A DNA stretch of 34,214 nt, taken from Methanobacteriota archaeon (GTDB taxonomy: Archaea; Halobacteriota; Bog-38; Methanoflorentales; Methanoflorentaceae). The translations under genes and the position numbers were made by a program. Each line of letters begins with the position of its first letter. Position 1 is the first letter of the stretch. The stretch covers positions 1 to 34,214 of the forward strand of contig JAJRBK010000018.1 in the NCBI GenBank assembly GCA_028679495.1. The letters are read 5' to 3'. Below the pieces are notes generated by a model. It was not told the origin of the DNA. It did not search any database and saw nothing but the letters and a program-made list of their open reading frames with translations. This document shows positions 1 through 8,271 of the stretch, piece after piece.

Positions 1-446
1 TGAAAGCTCTCAGTAAACATCATGTTGTTATGCGCGAGCCATCCGTGGATTTTGTCGATCTTGTTGGCCGCAACAATAAAGGGCGTTTTGTATTGTTTTA
101 AGATGTTCAAGCTTTCTGTCGTCTGTGGCTGAAAGCCTTCGTTCACGTCCACAACCAGTATAGCGATGTCCGCAAGAGCGCCACCACGGGCTCGAAGTGT
201 GGTGAAAGCATGGTGCCCCGGGGTATCGATAAATAGAAGGCCTGGAATGCGGACGTCTGTGAGCAGCGATCCGCAGAGCTTTGATATGACCTCCAGCGGA
301 ACCTCCGTTGCGCCTATGTGCTGGGTAATTAAGCCTGGTTCTCTTTCGGCAACGGTAGTGCCACGAATCTTATCAAGCAGCGTAGTTTTGCCGTGATCAA
401 CGTGTCCTAGTACTGCGACGATCGGTGTTCTGAGATCGTTCGACAT
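1..446 (-). CDS. infB: translation initiation factor aIF5B (IF-2 family GTPase), N-terminal part; 3' end lies beyond the window
   Basis: Hand translation of the minus strand from ATG (446-444) gives [45 protein letters not shown]1/G3/G4 GTPase motifs are in the aIF5B arrangement. Absent from the ORF track because it is open at the window edge. Confidence 0.85.
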   Translation of the reverse strand, partial: MSNDLRTPIVAVLGHVDHGKTTLLDKIRGTTVAEREPGLITQHIGATEVPLEVISKLCGSLLTDVRIPGLLFIDTPGHHAFTTLRARGGALADIAILVVDVNEGFQPQTTESLNILKQYKTPFIVAANKIDKIHGWLAHNNMMFTESF

Positions 447-566
447 AAAACCCCCAATTCCAGATCAGCATTCGCCTTTAAATCTCTTGTGTTCAGTCTA
501 ATTGGACGCAAATGCAAGGTGACAACATTTATGCTTAAGTAATGGCGAATGTAAGATGCTTTACGT

Positions 567-637
567 GCGGTAGTGGTGTAGTGGCAGCACAAAGGCTTCC
601 CAAGCCTTTAACTCGGGTTCAAATCCCGGCTACCGCA
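567..637 (+). tRNA. tRNA-Gly (anticodon CCC)
   Basis: Acceptor stem GCGGTAG/CTACCGC, anticodon arm AAGGC-TTCCCAA-GCCTT, T-arm GGGTTCAAATCCC, discriminator A, no encoded CCA. A TATA-like ATTTATG lies about 35 nt upstream. Confidence 0.85.
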
Positions 638-799
638 TAGTCTTTCGTTGACTGCATCTTAAACGAACTTGAAACGTCGGGACAGTGGCCTACGGTGATA
701 GCTTTGGCCGATAGATGAAGGCCACCAAGAAGCGATGCTCGATGCACTAGAGCGAAACGTCTTGCGATTGTGATCCGGCTCTACGCACATAAATAGGTA

Positions 800-1015
800 T
801 TAGCGTCGGTTTATTCGTTCTGCTGCAAGTTTGATGTCGTGAGCGATTATTGTTTTTCTATCAGCGAGAGCGGTAAGCATAACTGCTTCTCCTGCAATCT
901 TTCCACCATAGTCCTCCGCTTTCTCCGCAATCACTTTCACTGCTTCGCGGTTCGCTCGCTCAGCTCCCGCAACTTTCATTATTCTCCCAACTACAGCGAG
1001 TGGAATTTCTGCCAT
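800..1015 (-). CDS. archaeal histone (HMf-type single histone fold, 71 aa)
   Basis: MAEIPLAVVGRIMKVAGAERA...RKTIIAHDIKLAAE follows the HMfB-like pattern (IAPIGRI.K.AGAER...RKTI...DI.LA). Length is typical. Confidence 0.9.
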   Translation of the reverse strand: MAEIPLAVVGRIMKVAGAERANREAVKVIAEKAEDYGGKIAGEAVMLTALADRKTIIAHDIKLAAERINRR

Positions 1016-1135
1016 AATAACCGGTGCTCCTTACGGTTAAGAAGATAAAAACGTTGCGATCGCTTCTTCTTGTTTGTGCGCAACCACAAGCGAAGACAAA
1101 TCGACATCGGAGGTGAGCACCTATACAAAGATTGA

Positions 1136-1163
1136 CCACATATAAACGCTCATAATTATGTGG
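1136..1163 (+). promoter_or_regulatory. TATA-like ATATAAA (1140-1146) embedded in a 7-bp inverted repeat CCACATA-N14-TATGTGG, upstream of the radical SAM ORF
   Basis: Read directly: CCACATATAAACGCTCATAATTATGTGG. The ORF start is at 1202. Confidence 0.4.
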
Positions 1164-1201
1164 TAACTGCGTGAGTTCTGCATCTGGGAGTTTCTATCGT
1201 C

Positions 1202-2188
1202 ATGAGTGCTGAAATCAAAGCGCTGCTTATCGCGGAGGGCGGCGTCGACATAGATGAGCGTTTATTAGGTAGGGTAACGACGCCTGCTTCAGGTCCTGGT
1301 GCTGGATTAAAATCGTTCTTCTTTAGGTTCGGCAACCATAGGGTGCGTCTTGGAGTCAAACATGGGTCACGGTACAAAGCAACGCTTGAGGGCGACGAAG
1401 TGGTGATACGGGAGGGTGAGCGAGAGATCATTAGGGGTTACCTCGAAGATGCACTTGCGCATTGTCCTGAGCAGGCGTTTATTACCGTAAGCGAGAGATG
1501 CATTTTTGATTGCAAGTATTGTCCCGTGCCGCTTTTAGGAGGCCACATTAAGAGCACAAATGACGTAATAAAGATCATTGAAGAGATTGAACGCACGCCG
1601 GCGCTACGATCACAACTTAAAGCTATATCGCTCACGACAGGAGTAGAAGAATCCGCAGAAGAAGAAGTAAAGCGCATTGCTCAAGTTGTTCGAGCTGTTA
1701 GGCGCTTTAACGTGCCAATTGGTGTGGAAGTCTATCCGACCGCTGATTCTAACAGGCTCTTGAAAGAGGCAGGGGCAACTGAAATCAAGTATAACGTTGA
1801 GACCGTAGACAGAAGGATCTTCAAAAGGGTCTGTCCAGGTTTGTCAATTGACGCTATTTGCGCAGCACTCTCTGACGCCGTGCAGCTCTTCGGTAAGAAT
1901 CACGTATTCACGAATATTCTGATCGGCCTCGGTGAGTCAGATGAGACCGTAATAGCAGGCATGGAAAAGCTTGCACGTCTCGGAGTGATCTCTAGCTTAC
2001 GTGCCGTCGTAGAACATCCGTTACGAGCAGAACAGACGGAGATGCGCAGACCATCAGCAGAACGCTTGCTTCGTCTCGCAAGAAAGGAGAGAGAGATATT
2101 GGATAAACATGGACTACGCGCTGATTTTGCAGAAACAATGTGCGCAGCTTGCACAGGATGTGACTTAATTCCGCACAAAGATGTTTGA
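1202..2188 (+). CDS. radical SAM enzyme (BioB-like CX3CX2C core, ~95-aa N-terminal extension, C-terminal CX2CX2C motif); specific function unknown
   Basis: CIFDCKYC at residues 100-107 is the canonical radical SAM cluster motif and resembles the BioB CxxDCxYC form. C-terminal MCAACTGCD is a possible auxiliary cluster site. The stop overlaps the next ORF by 8 nt. Confidence 0.8.
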   Translation: MSAEIKALLIAEGGVDIDERLLGRVTTPASGPGAGLKSFFFRFGNHRVRLGVKHGSRYKATLEGDEVVIREGEREIIRGYLEDALAHCPEQAFITVSERCIFDCKYCPVPLLGGHIKSTNDVIKIIEEIERTPALRSQLKAISLTTGVEESAEEEVKRIAQVVRAVRRFNVPIGVEVYPTADSNRLLKEAGATEIKYNVETVDRRIFKRVCPGLSIDAICAALSDAVQLFGKNHVFTNILIGLGESDETVIAGMEKLARLGVISSLRAVVEHPLRAEQTEMRRPSAERLLRLARKEREILDKHGLRADFAETMCAACTGCDLIPHKDV

Positions 2189-3689
2189 AACAGACGGGCT
2201 CACCGCGATCGTATATGGGTTACTCGACGCTGGCGTAGGAGTCGCTACAGGCGTTGTTGGTTTTCCTGTTACAGATATGATCAACAGGTTAAGGCCGATT
2301 TGGAGGGCTGCTATAAACGAAAAAGTCGGCCTTGACATCGCGCTCGGAGCGACAGCAACGGGCACCCGATCTGCGTTCATTTCGAAGCACGTTGGATTGA
2401 ACGTAGCGTCCGATTCCCTAATTACCGCGGCGACTCAAGGTATAGGAGCAGGGCTTATAATAATAGCAGGAGACGACCCAGGAGCACAGGCATCGCAAAA
2501 TGAGCAAGACTCTCGTTACTATGGTAAGATGGCAGAGATTCCTGTGCTCGAGCCTAACGGCGTTCAAAACATGTACGACAGCATTATTGAAGGTTTCAAA
2601 GTATCTGAACAACAATCGGTCCCTGTCATAGCGAGAGTAACTAGCAGGCTCTTAAAAATGGGAGGGGCGCTTGAACGATCGTCAGTCGAACGAGTTTCGG
2701 GCGTGCGTTTTCAGAAAGATAACTGGAAGCTTACATTCCTCGGGAGACACCAATATCATCTCAAAAATACCTACCCGCAGCTGATGAAATTTGCCGAGAC
2801 GACGACCCTTAACGAAGGGCACGGTGCGGGTGCCGTTGGCATCATATCGGCGGGGTATGCTTCCGTTCTCGTTGAGGAAACTATCGATGAAGCGGACAAC
2901 ATTGCACATTTGAAACTTGGCCTGACTAACCCGCTATGTGAACGCCGTATTGCGACGTTTTTAGAAGAGCACCAGAAAGTCATCGTCATCGAAGAGGGTG
3001 CACCAATTATTGAGGAGGCGATACGTGGCAAGGTATTGGGGAAATTTTCTGGACACGTACCTCGCACCGGAGCGCTACAGCACGAAGATGTTGAACGAGC
3101 GCTTAACTATGTTGAAGCTGATTTTATCGGCGCAAAACCAGACGTAGAGACTTTAGAAAGCAGGGGCCACGCAGCCTCTATTTGTCAAGATTGCCCCTTT
3201 TTGCCGTTCTATTACGCTCTCGAAAAGTTCGAGACAATGGTGGCCGGAGATCTGGGTTGTGTCATAAAAACGGCGAATTCGCCGCTTGAGCTGCTTGATG
3301 TGGCTTATTCCCTCGGGTCAGCGATAGGGGTGGCCACTGGATTCGAACAGGAAGGAGTTGCAGTGCTCGGTGACTACGCTTTTCTACATGGTGGGATCGA
3401 AGCGCTGTTAAGCGCGATTTTGTTCAGGCAAAGCGTCAAAGTGTTTGTGCTTGAAAATAGGGTTTCGGCCATTACAGGCGGGCAGCCAACGCCCGAAGCA
3501 TCGGATTTGATTAGCGCATTATGCCGTAATTATGGCGTCTTGTACAAAGAGGTGGACGCACAGAGTTGCACCGAAGCTGCATTAAGTGACCTCCTTCGGA
3601 TGGTGAACAGCACAACTGGGATAATAGTCGTAGTGATCAAAGGCATATGCAAAAAATACGCCGCTTGTCGTGAAGATCGACAGGACTAG
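2181..3689 (+). CDS. IorA-family TPP-dependent 2-oxoacid oxidoreductase alpha-like protein lacking the C-terminal 2x[4Fe-4S] ferredoxin domain
   Basis: IorA-type blocks: GLLDAGVGVATGVVGFPVTD, KHVGLNVASD, GDDPGAQASQNEQDSRYY, CQDCPF, GDLGC. TPP motif GDYAFLHGG..(X)..LENRVSAITGGQ. The protein ends at 502 aa, where IorA normally continues into a CxxCxxCxxxCP dicluster domain. No iorB-like ORF is nearby. Confidence 0.7.
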   Translation: MFETDGLTAIVYGLLDAGVGVATGVVGFPVTDMINRLRPIWRAAINEKVGLDIALGATATGTRSAFISKHVGLNVASDSLITAATQGIGAGLIIIAGDDPGAQASQNEQDSRYYGKMAEIPVLEPNGVQNMYDSIIEGFKVSEQQSVPVIARVTSRLLKMGGALERSSVERVSGVRFQKDNWKLTFLGRHQYHLKNTYPQLMKFAETTTLNEGHGAGAVGIISAGYASVLVEETIDEADNIAHLKLGLTNPLCERRIATFLEEHQKVIVIEEGAPIIEEAIRGKVLGKFSGHVPRTGALQHEDVERALNYVEADFIGAKPDVETLESRGHAASICQDCPFLPFYYALEKFETMVAGDLGCVIKTANSPLELLDVAYSLGSAIGVATGFEQEGVAVLGDYAFLHGGIEALLSAILFRQSVKVFVLENRVSAITGGQPTPEASDLISALCRNYGVLYKEVDAQSCTEAALSDLLRMVNSTTGIIVVVIKGICKKYAACREDRQD

Positions 3690-4843
3690 TTGTACATCAC
3701 GCCCCTTATAATTTCTTCGAGTTCCTGCTCTGAGACAGACTTCTTCGTCTCACAAACGCGTTTCACATCGTCGAGTATCTGACATAGCTCGTCGCGCGTG
3801 GGTCGATATCCCAACTGGGCGATAACATATTGAAGCGCCTTTCTTCCCGTGTGTTTGCCGATAACGATTCGTCTCTTATTACCGACGAGTTCAGGTGCGA
3901 ACAGCTCGTATGTCTCAGGTTTTTCCAGAACGGCCGCGACATGTATCCCGGACTCGTGAGAGAACGCGTTCAAACCGACGACTGGCTTGTTTTTAGGCAA
4001 GCGAAGTCGCGAGTTACGTTCGACGGTCTTTGACAGATCCATTAACCTCGATATATCGTAGGCATCGATGCCGAATTGCACATACAGGGCAACGAGCAGC
4101 TCCTCAAGTGGCGTATTGCCTACCCTTTCACCTATCCCGTTGACCGTCGTATGCAGCTGAAATACCCCCGCCTCTGCCGCCGTCACGGTGTTTGCGACAG
4201 CCATTCCAAGATCGTTGTGGCAGTGGATGCAAAGGGGGACGTCGACGACTTTTTTTATCTCCGTCACTAAACGATGACACGTGGACGGTCTTAGCGCGCC
4301 GACTGTATCTGCGATACTAAGATAGTCAGCTCCGTGGTCCTCGCCTTGTTTAAAAAAGCGTTTTAATACCTCAATATCGGTGCGCGTTGCGTCTTCAGCA
4401 GCGAAGCGCACGATGAGCCCGTGTTCTTTGGCGTACTCGAGCGTTGAGAGAGCACATTCAAGCATCTCATCGAAACTGCGGTGATATTTATGTTTGAGGT
4501 GCAAATCAGAAGTCGCCATAAACAACCCGACTGCATCAACATCGCAGTCAAGTGCTTCATCTATGTCATGAAGAATAGCTCGCGCAAGACAACATACCTT
4601 GGTCCCTAGCCCCAAATTGGCGATCTTTTTGACGATTGCTTTTTCCTTTGCCGAGACGACGGGAAATCCCGCCTCAATCATTTCAACGCCAACGGCATCG
4701 AGCTTTGTCGCTATCTCGATCTTTTCTTCGACTCCGAACACAACACCAGGTGCCTGTTCTCCATCCCGAAGCGTGACGTCACACACTTCTATCTGCGGGA
4801 CCTTTGCTTTGGACGCCCTAGAAAAATCTTCGAACGTATACAT
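3686..4843 (-). CDS. 2-isopropylmalate / homocitrate / citramalate synthase family enzyme, short form without the LeuA C-terminal regulatory domain (homocitrate-synthase-like)
   Basis: VCDVTLRDGEQAPGV near the N-terminus and CIHCHNDLGMAVANT (HxH metal site) are typical of the HMGL-like/LeuA family. It is 385 aa, versus ~500 aa for regulated LeuA. Confidence 0.85.
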   Translation of the reverse strand: MYTFEDFSRASKAKVPQIEVCDVTLRDGEQAPGVVFGVEEKIEIATKLDAVGVEMIEAGFPVVSAKEKAIVKKIANLGLGTKVCCLARAILHDIDEALDCDVDAVGLFMATSDLHLKHKYHRSFDEMLECALSTLEYAKEHGLIVRFAAEDATRTDIEVLKRFFKQGEDHGADYLSIADTVGALRPSTCHRLVTEIKKVVDVPLCIHCHNDLGMAVANTVTAAEAGVFQLHTTVNGIGERVGNTPLEELLVALYVQFGIDAYDISRLMDLSKTVERNSRLRLPKNKPVVGLNAFSHESGIHVAAVLEKPETYELFAPELVGNKRRIVIGKHTGRKALQYVIAQLGYRPTRDELCQILDDVKRVCETKKSVSEQELEEIIRGVMYN

Positions 4844-5024
4844 ACATCCTCTATTAAGCGTATCATGTCGTACATATCCGCCTTAAAGATTATTGACCTT
4901 GATGGAAGCGGTGAAAGGGAGGGCGAGTAGTCTTTGACCAGGCATGCTGGTAACATCGACACTACGATTGTGCGGGCTATTCAACACACGATAGCTTCTT
5001 AAATCTGGACCGTGAGACTATTAC

Positions 5025-6293
5025 ATGGTGTCGCATACCGTGAGTGCTTCGCAAACGATCAGCGAGAAGATATTGACACGAGCGTCTGAAACGAAAGCGC
5101 GGGCAAATGAGTTTGTGCTTGCCCGAGTTGATATGGCAATGGCTCATGACGGCACGAGCGTGCTTGGGGTCAAAGCATTTGAAGCAATGGGCGCCGAGCA
5201 CGTTTGGGACTCAGACAAAGTTGCGATCGTTTTTGATCATATCGCCCCTGCAAGCACAGAAAGAGCCGCAACGCTTCAAGCAACCATTCGGTCGTGGGCA
5301 CGGGATCAGGAGTTGACCCATTTGTTCGATATTGGGGAGGGTATCTGCCATCAAGTAATGGTTGAACAAGGGCTTAGCCTTCCTGGAACGTTGATCGTGG
5401 GCGCAGATTCGCATTCATGCACGTACGGCGCGTTAGGAGCGTTTGCGACAGGAGTGGGGGCAACTGAGATTGCAGAAGTATTTGCAACGGGAACGCTGTG
5501 GCTTAAAGTACCTGAAACAGTGAAGATCACTGTGAATGGCAAGCTTCCGCGCCAGGTGGCTGCGAAAGACGTGATCCTAAAGATAGCAGGAGCCATGGGG
5601 GCCGATGGCGCTTCGTATCAAGCGCTCGAATTTTATGGCACAACAATAGATGCGTTATCGATCGAGGGACGGCTCACGATGAGCAACATGGCAATCGAAG
5701 TCGGCGCGAAGGCAGCTATTATTCCCCCTGACGATAAAACCTTTGAATACCTGAATGAAGTTTCGCCACAACAGAGCTACACGCCGTGCTACGCAGACGG
5801 AAACGCTTCGTACGTTGCCGAGCTAAGCCTTACAACGCGGGATTTAGCCCCTCAAGTCGCATGTCCTCATCGCGTAGATAACGTGAAAAACGTTGATGAG
5901 ATAGAGGGTATCCCCATAGATCAAGTCTTCCTTGGCTCGTGTACGAATGGCCGGTTCGAAGACCTCCTTGTTGCCGCGCGTATTTTAGACGGTGAGCAAG
6001 TGAGCTGCAGAACAATCGTCGTTCCAGCCTCGAAGAGGGTTTTGTTAACTTCAATCCGAGAAGAGGTGCTTGAGACACTGGTTGAAGCGGGGGCAACGGT
6101 GTGCAGTCCGGGTTGTGGACCCTGCCTTGGGGCTCATAACGGCGTTTTGGGACGTGGAGAGACGTGCCTCTCGACTGCCAATAGGAATTTTAAGGGCAGA
6201 ATGGGTGCAGATGGGGTGATATATCTTGCATCTCCAGCGACTGCTGCGGCTACTGCTCTAACAGGCGAAATCACTGATCCTCGTAAGCTGTGA
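5025..6293 (+). CDS. aconitase-family dehydratase large subunit (3-isopropylmalate dehydratase LeuC / homoaconitase HacA type)
   Basis: [34 protein letters not shown] and GCGPCLG Fe-S/substrate motifs. 422 aa is the archaeal two-subunit type. Confidence 0.85.
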   Translation: MVSHTVSASQTISEKILTRASETKARANEFVLARVDMAMAHDGTSVLGVKAFEAMGAEHVWDSDKVAIVFDHIAPASTERAATLQATIRSWARDQELTHLFDIGEGICHQVMVEQGLSLPGTLIVGADSHSCTYGALGAFATGVGATEIAEVFATGTLWLKVPETVKITVNGKLPRQVAAKDVILKIAGAMGADGASYQALEFYGTTIDALSIEGRLTMSNMAIEVGAKAAIIPPDDKTFEYLNEVSPQQSYTPCYADGNASYVAELSLTTRDLAPQVACPHRVDNVKNVDEIEGIPIDQVFLGSCTNGRFEDLLVAARILDGEQVSCRTIVVPASKRVLLTSIREEVLETLVEAGATVCSPGCGPCLGAHNGVLGRGETCLSTANRNFKGRMGADGVIYLASPATAAATALTGEITDPRKL

Positions 6294-6322
6294 GCAAAAC
6301 CCGGTAAATGTTGTACGCTAAA

Positions 6323-6658
6323 TTAAGCTCCTTGAGATTCTATGATCTCGTCAATTTGCTCCGTTAAGATCTGCTCAATCGCGTCTAACAAATATTCGAG
6401 CGACGGGCTTCTTATCGTGAAGTTACGTGGAACACCAGTATAGGAAACCACGTCCCCCGCGTCAATAGAAAGCATAGGCTCACGCACTATGAGAGTGGCT
6501 TTAAACTCGTCCTCTGTTAGTTTTTCAACGTTAAGGTCCCATATATTTTGATCGATTTCTTGCTCGATTTGACGCGCGCGGTGCCTGACCTTGTGCGTGA
6601 GAAGAGCGACCTTTTGATTCACTAAGTACTGCTCTTGCAAAGATAGAGCTAGCGACAT
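6323..6658 (-). CDS. hypothetical protein, 111 aa, acidic C-terminus, no recognisable motif
   Basis: Open frame antisense to and between the large and small dehydratase subunit genes. Its own TATA (TTTAAATA on the minus strand, 6684-6691) is centred ~27 nt upstream of the ATG at 6658. Confidence 0.45.
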   Translation of the reverse strand: MSLALSLQEQYLVNQKVALLTHKVRHRARQIEQEIDQNIWDLNVEKLTEDEFKATLIVREPMLSIDAGDVVSYTGVPRNFTIRSPSLEYLLDAIEQILTEQIDEIIESQGA

Positions 6659-6683
6659 ATAATGCTCACACTTGTGTAAACCC

Positions 6684-6691
6684 TATTTAAA
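6684..6691 (-). promoter_or_regulatory. TATA box (TTTAAATA on minus strand) for the 111-aa ORF; implies a leaderless or near-leaderless mRNA
   Basis: Plus strand reads TATTTAAA at 6684-6691. Distance to the start codon at 6658 fits archaeal TATA-to-TSS spacing. Confidence 0.4.
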
Positions 6692-6747
6692 CGTTGTCTG
6701 TGCTTCTTAGATACCTCGAAGCGGCGATACATCTGCTTGCTGCATAC

Positions 6748-6754
6748 TTTATAT
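6748..6754 (+). promoter_or_regulatory. TATA box (TTTATAT) for the dehydratase small-subunit gene
   Basis: Centred ~25 nt upstream of the ATG at 6776, which implies a leaderless transcript. Confidence 0.4.
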
Positions 6755-6775
6755 CGTTAGATCTTCAACTTGAAT

Positions 6776-7264
6776 ATGATGATTATAAGAGGAAGGGTCT
6801 GGAAGTACGGCGATGACGTAGACACCGATGTCATTATACCAGGTAAATACCTGAGGACGACGGACGTTAACGTCTTCGCGCAACACGCAATGGAAGGCAT
6901 TGACCCAACGTTCTCACCGCAGGAAGGAGATGTTATAGTAGCAGGCAAAAACTTTGGATGTGGATCGTCTAGGGAGCAAGCGGTGCTCGCGCTTAAGTAC
7001 GCAAAGATAGGCTGCGTCGTCGCCAGATCATTTGCCCGAATTTTCTTTCGAAACGCCATCAACGTCGGCTTGCCCATAATCCAAGCTGATGTAGTCGATT
7101 TAGTTGAGAACGGAGATGAAATAGAAGTCGATTTATCTCAGGGATCTGTTAAAACGCGCGATAGCGCCGTTCAAGGTGTGAAACTCCCGCCTTTCTTGCA
7201 GAGAATCCTCGAAGATGGCGGTCTCATCGAACATAGAAGGAAAAACCCCGTTCAAACGTTATAG
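6776..7264 (+). CDS. aconitase-family dehydratase small subunit (LeuD/HacB) carrying the YLRT loop typical of homoaconitase-type subunits
   Basis: [19 protein letters not shown] and [13 protein letters not shown] motifs. YLRT is encoded at 6848-6859. ATG 6776 is preferred over the track's TTG 6770 because of the TATA spacing. Confidence 0.85.
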   Translation: MMIIRGRVWKYGDDVDTDVIIPGKYLRTTDVNVFAQHAMEGIDPTFSPQEGDVIVAGKNFGCGSSREQAVLALKYAKIGCVVARSFARIFFRNAINVGLPIIQADVVDLVENGDEIEVDLSQGSVKTRDSAVQGVKLPPFLQRILEDGGLIEHRRKNPVQTL

Positions 7265-7310
7265 TTGATCCGCCTCATTATTTCTCAGATGGGTCACTTG
7301 GTCGAGTCTA

Positions 7311-8270
7311 ATGAAAATTGCTGTAGCTGAGGGAGACGGGATTGGAAAAGAGGTAGTGCCTCCATGTATTGACGTGCTAGAGCTACTGCTCGAAGACGTA
7401 GAGTTCATAACGGTCGAAATCGGCTATGCCAAGTGGATGCGAGAAGGCCTGCCGATAACCGAGGAGGACATTGAGCTAATTAAACAAGCCGATTGTATGC
7501 TCGCTGGTGCTGTGACGAGCGTTCCAGGTCATAGTGTCGTTGTGCGTTTGAGAAAAGCGTTTGACCTCTTTGCAAACCTTAGACCGTTCACATCTTACGC
7601 CTTAACTCCGTATGGATTAGATCTTATTATGATAAGAGAGAATTTGGAAGGGCTGTACTTCGGGAAGGAGGAGCTCTCGCCTGATCGAGCGGTGACAGAG
7701 CGCGTGATAACGCGGTCGAACACTGAGCGGCTAGCAACGTTCGCGAGTGCCTTAGAGGGCGTAGAGATGGTAACAATCGTTCACAAGGCGAATGTACTAA
7801 AATCCGATGTGCTCTTTCGAGACGTCTGTGCGCGTGTTTTGCAGAAGCATGGCGTTCGTTACAATGAGATGTATGTTGATGCAGCTGCATATAACCTGAT
7901 CAAACACCCAGATAAGTTCAGTTGTATCCTGACGTCAAATTTATTTGGTGATATTCTCTCTGATGAGGCTGCTGCACTCGTTGGAAGCCTTGGTCTTTGT
8001 CCAAGTGCTAACATCGGGCCTGATTTTGCTGTTTTCGAACCAATACACGGATCTGCACCAGATCTTGCGGGAACGGGAAGAGCAAACCCCATCGGTGCCA
8101 TACTAAGTGCTAAGATGTTACTTGAATGGAGCGGTCAGTACGATAAGGCAGCATTGATAGACGCTTCGGTTAGGCAAACGCTAAAAAATGGCATTATGAC
8201 CCCCGATCTTGGCGGAAAAAGTTCAACGGCTGACGTCGCTCACGAAATTGTTCGTATCATAGAAGGATAG
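7311..8270 (+). CDS. beta-decarboxylating dehydrogenase (3-isopropylmalate / homoisocitrate dehydrogenase family)
   Basis: MKIAVAEGDGIGKEV, IRENLEGLY, SNLFGDILSDEAAALVGSLG and IHGSAPDLAG motifs. Confidence 0.85.
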   Translation: MKIAVAEGDGIGKEVVPPCIDVLELLLEDVEFITVEIGYAKWMREGLPITEEDIELIKQADCMLAGAVTSVPGHSVVVRLRKAFDLFANLRPFTSYALTPYGLDLIMIRENLEGLYFGKEELSPDRAVTERVITRSNTERLATFASALEGVEMVTIVHKANVLKSDVLFRDVCARVLQKHGVRYNEMYVDAAAYNLIKHPDKFSCILTSNLFGDILSDEAAALVGSLGLCPSANIGPDFAVFEPIHGSAPDLAGTGRANPIGAILSAKMLLEWSGQYDKAALIDASVRQTLKNGIMTPDLGGKSSTADVAHEIVRIIEG

Positions 8271-8271
8271 T

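Noticed and set aside
685-725. GTGGCC-N29-GGCCAC hairpin with internal GATAG repeats, lying between tRNA-Gly and the 3' end of the histone gene; considered as a small RNA.
   Set aside because: It has only a 6-bp stem and no recognisable RNA family signature. It lies where the 3' ends of two convergent transcripts are expected, so a termination or 3'-UTR structure is the simpler reading.
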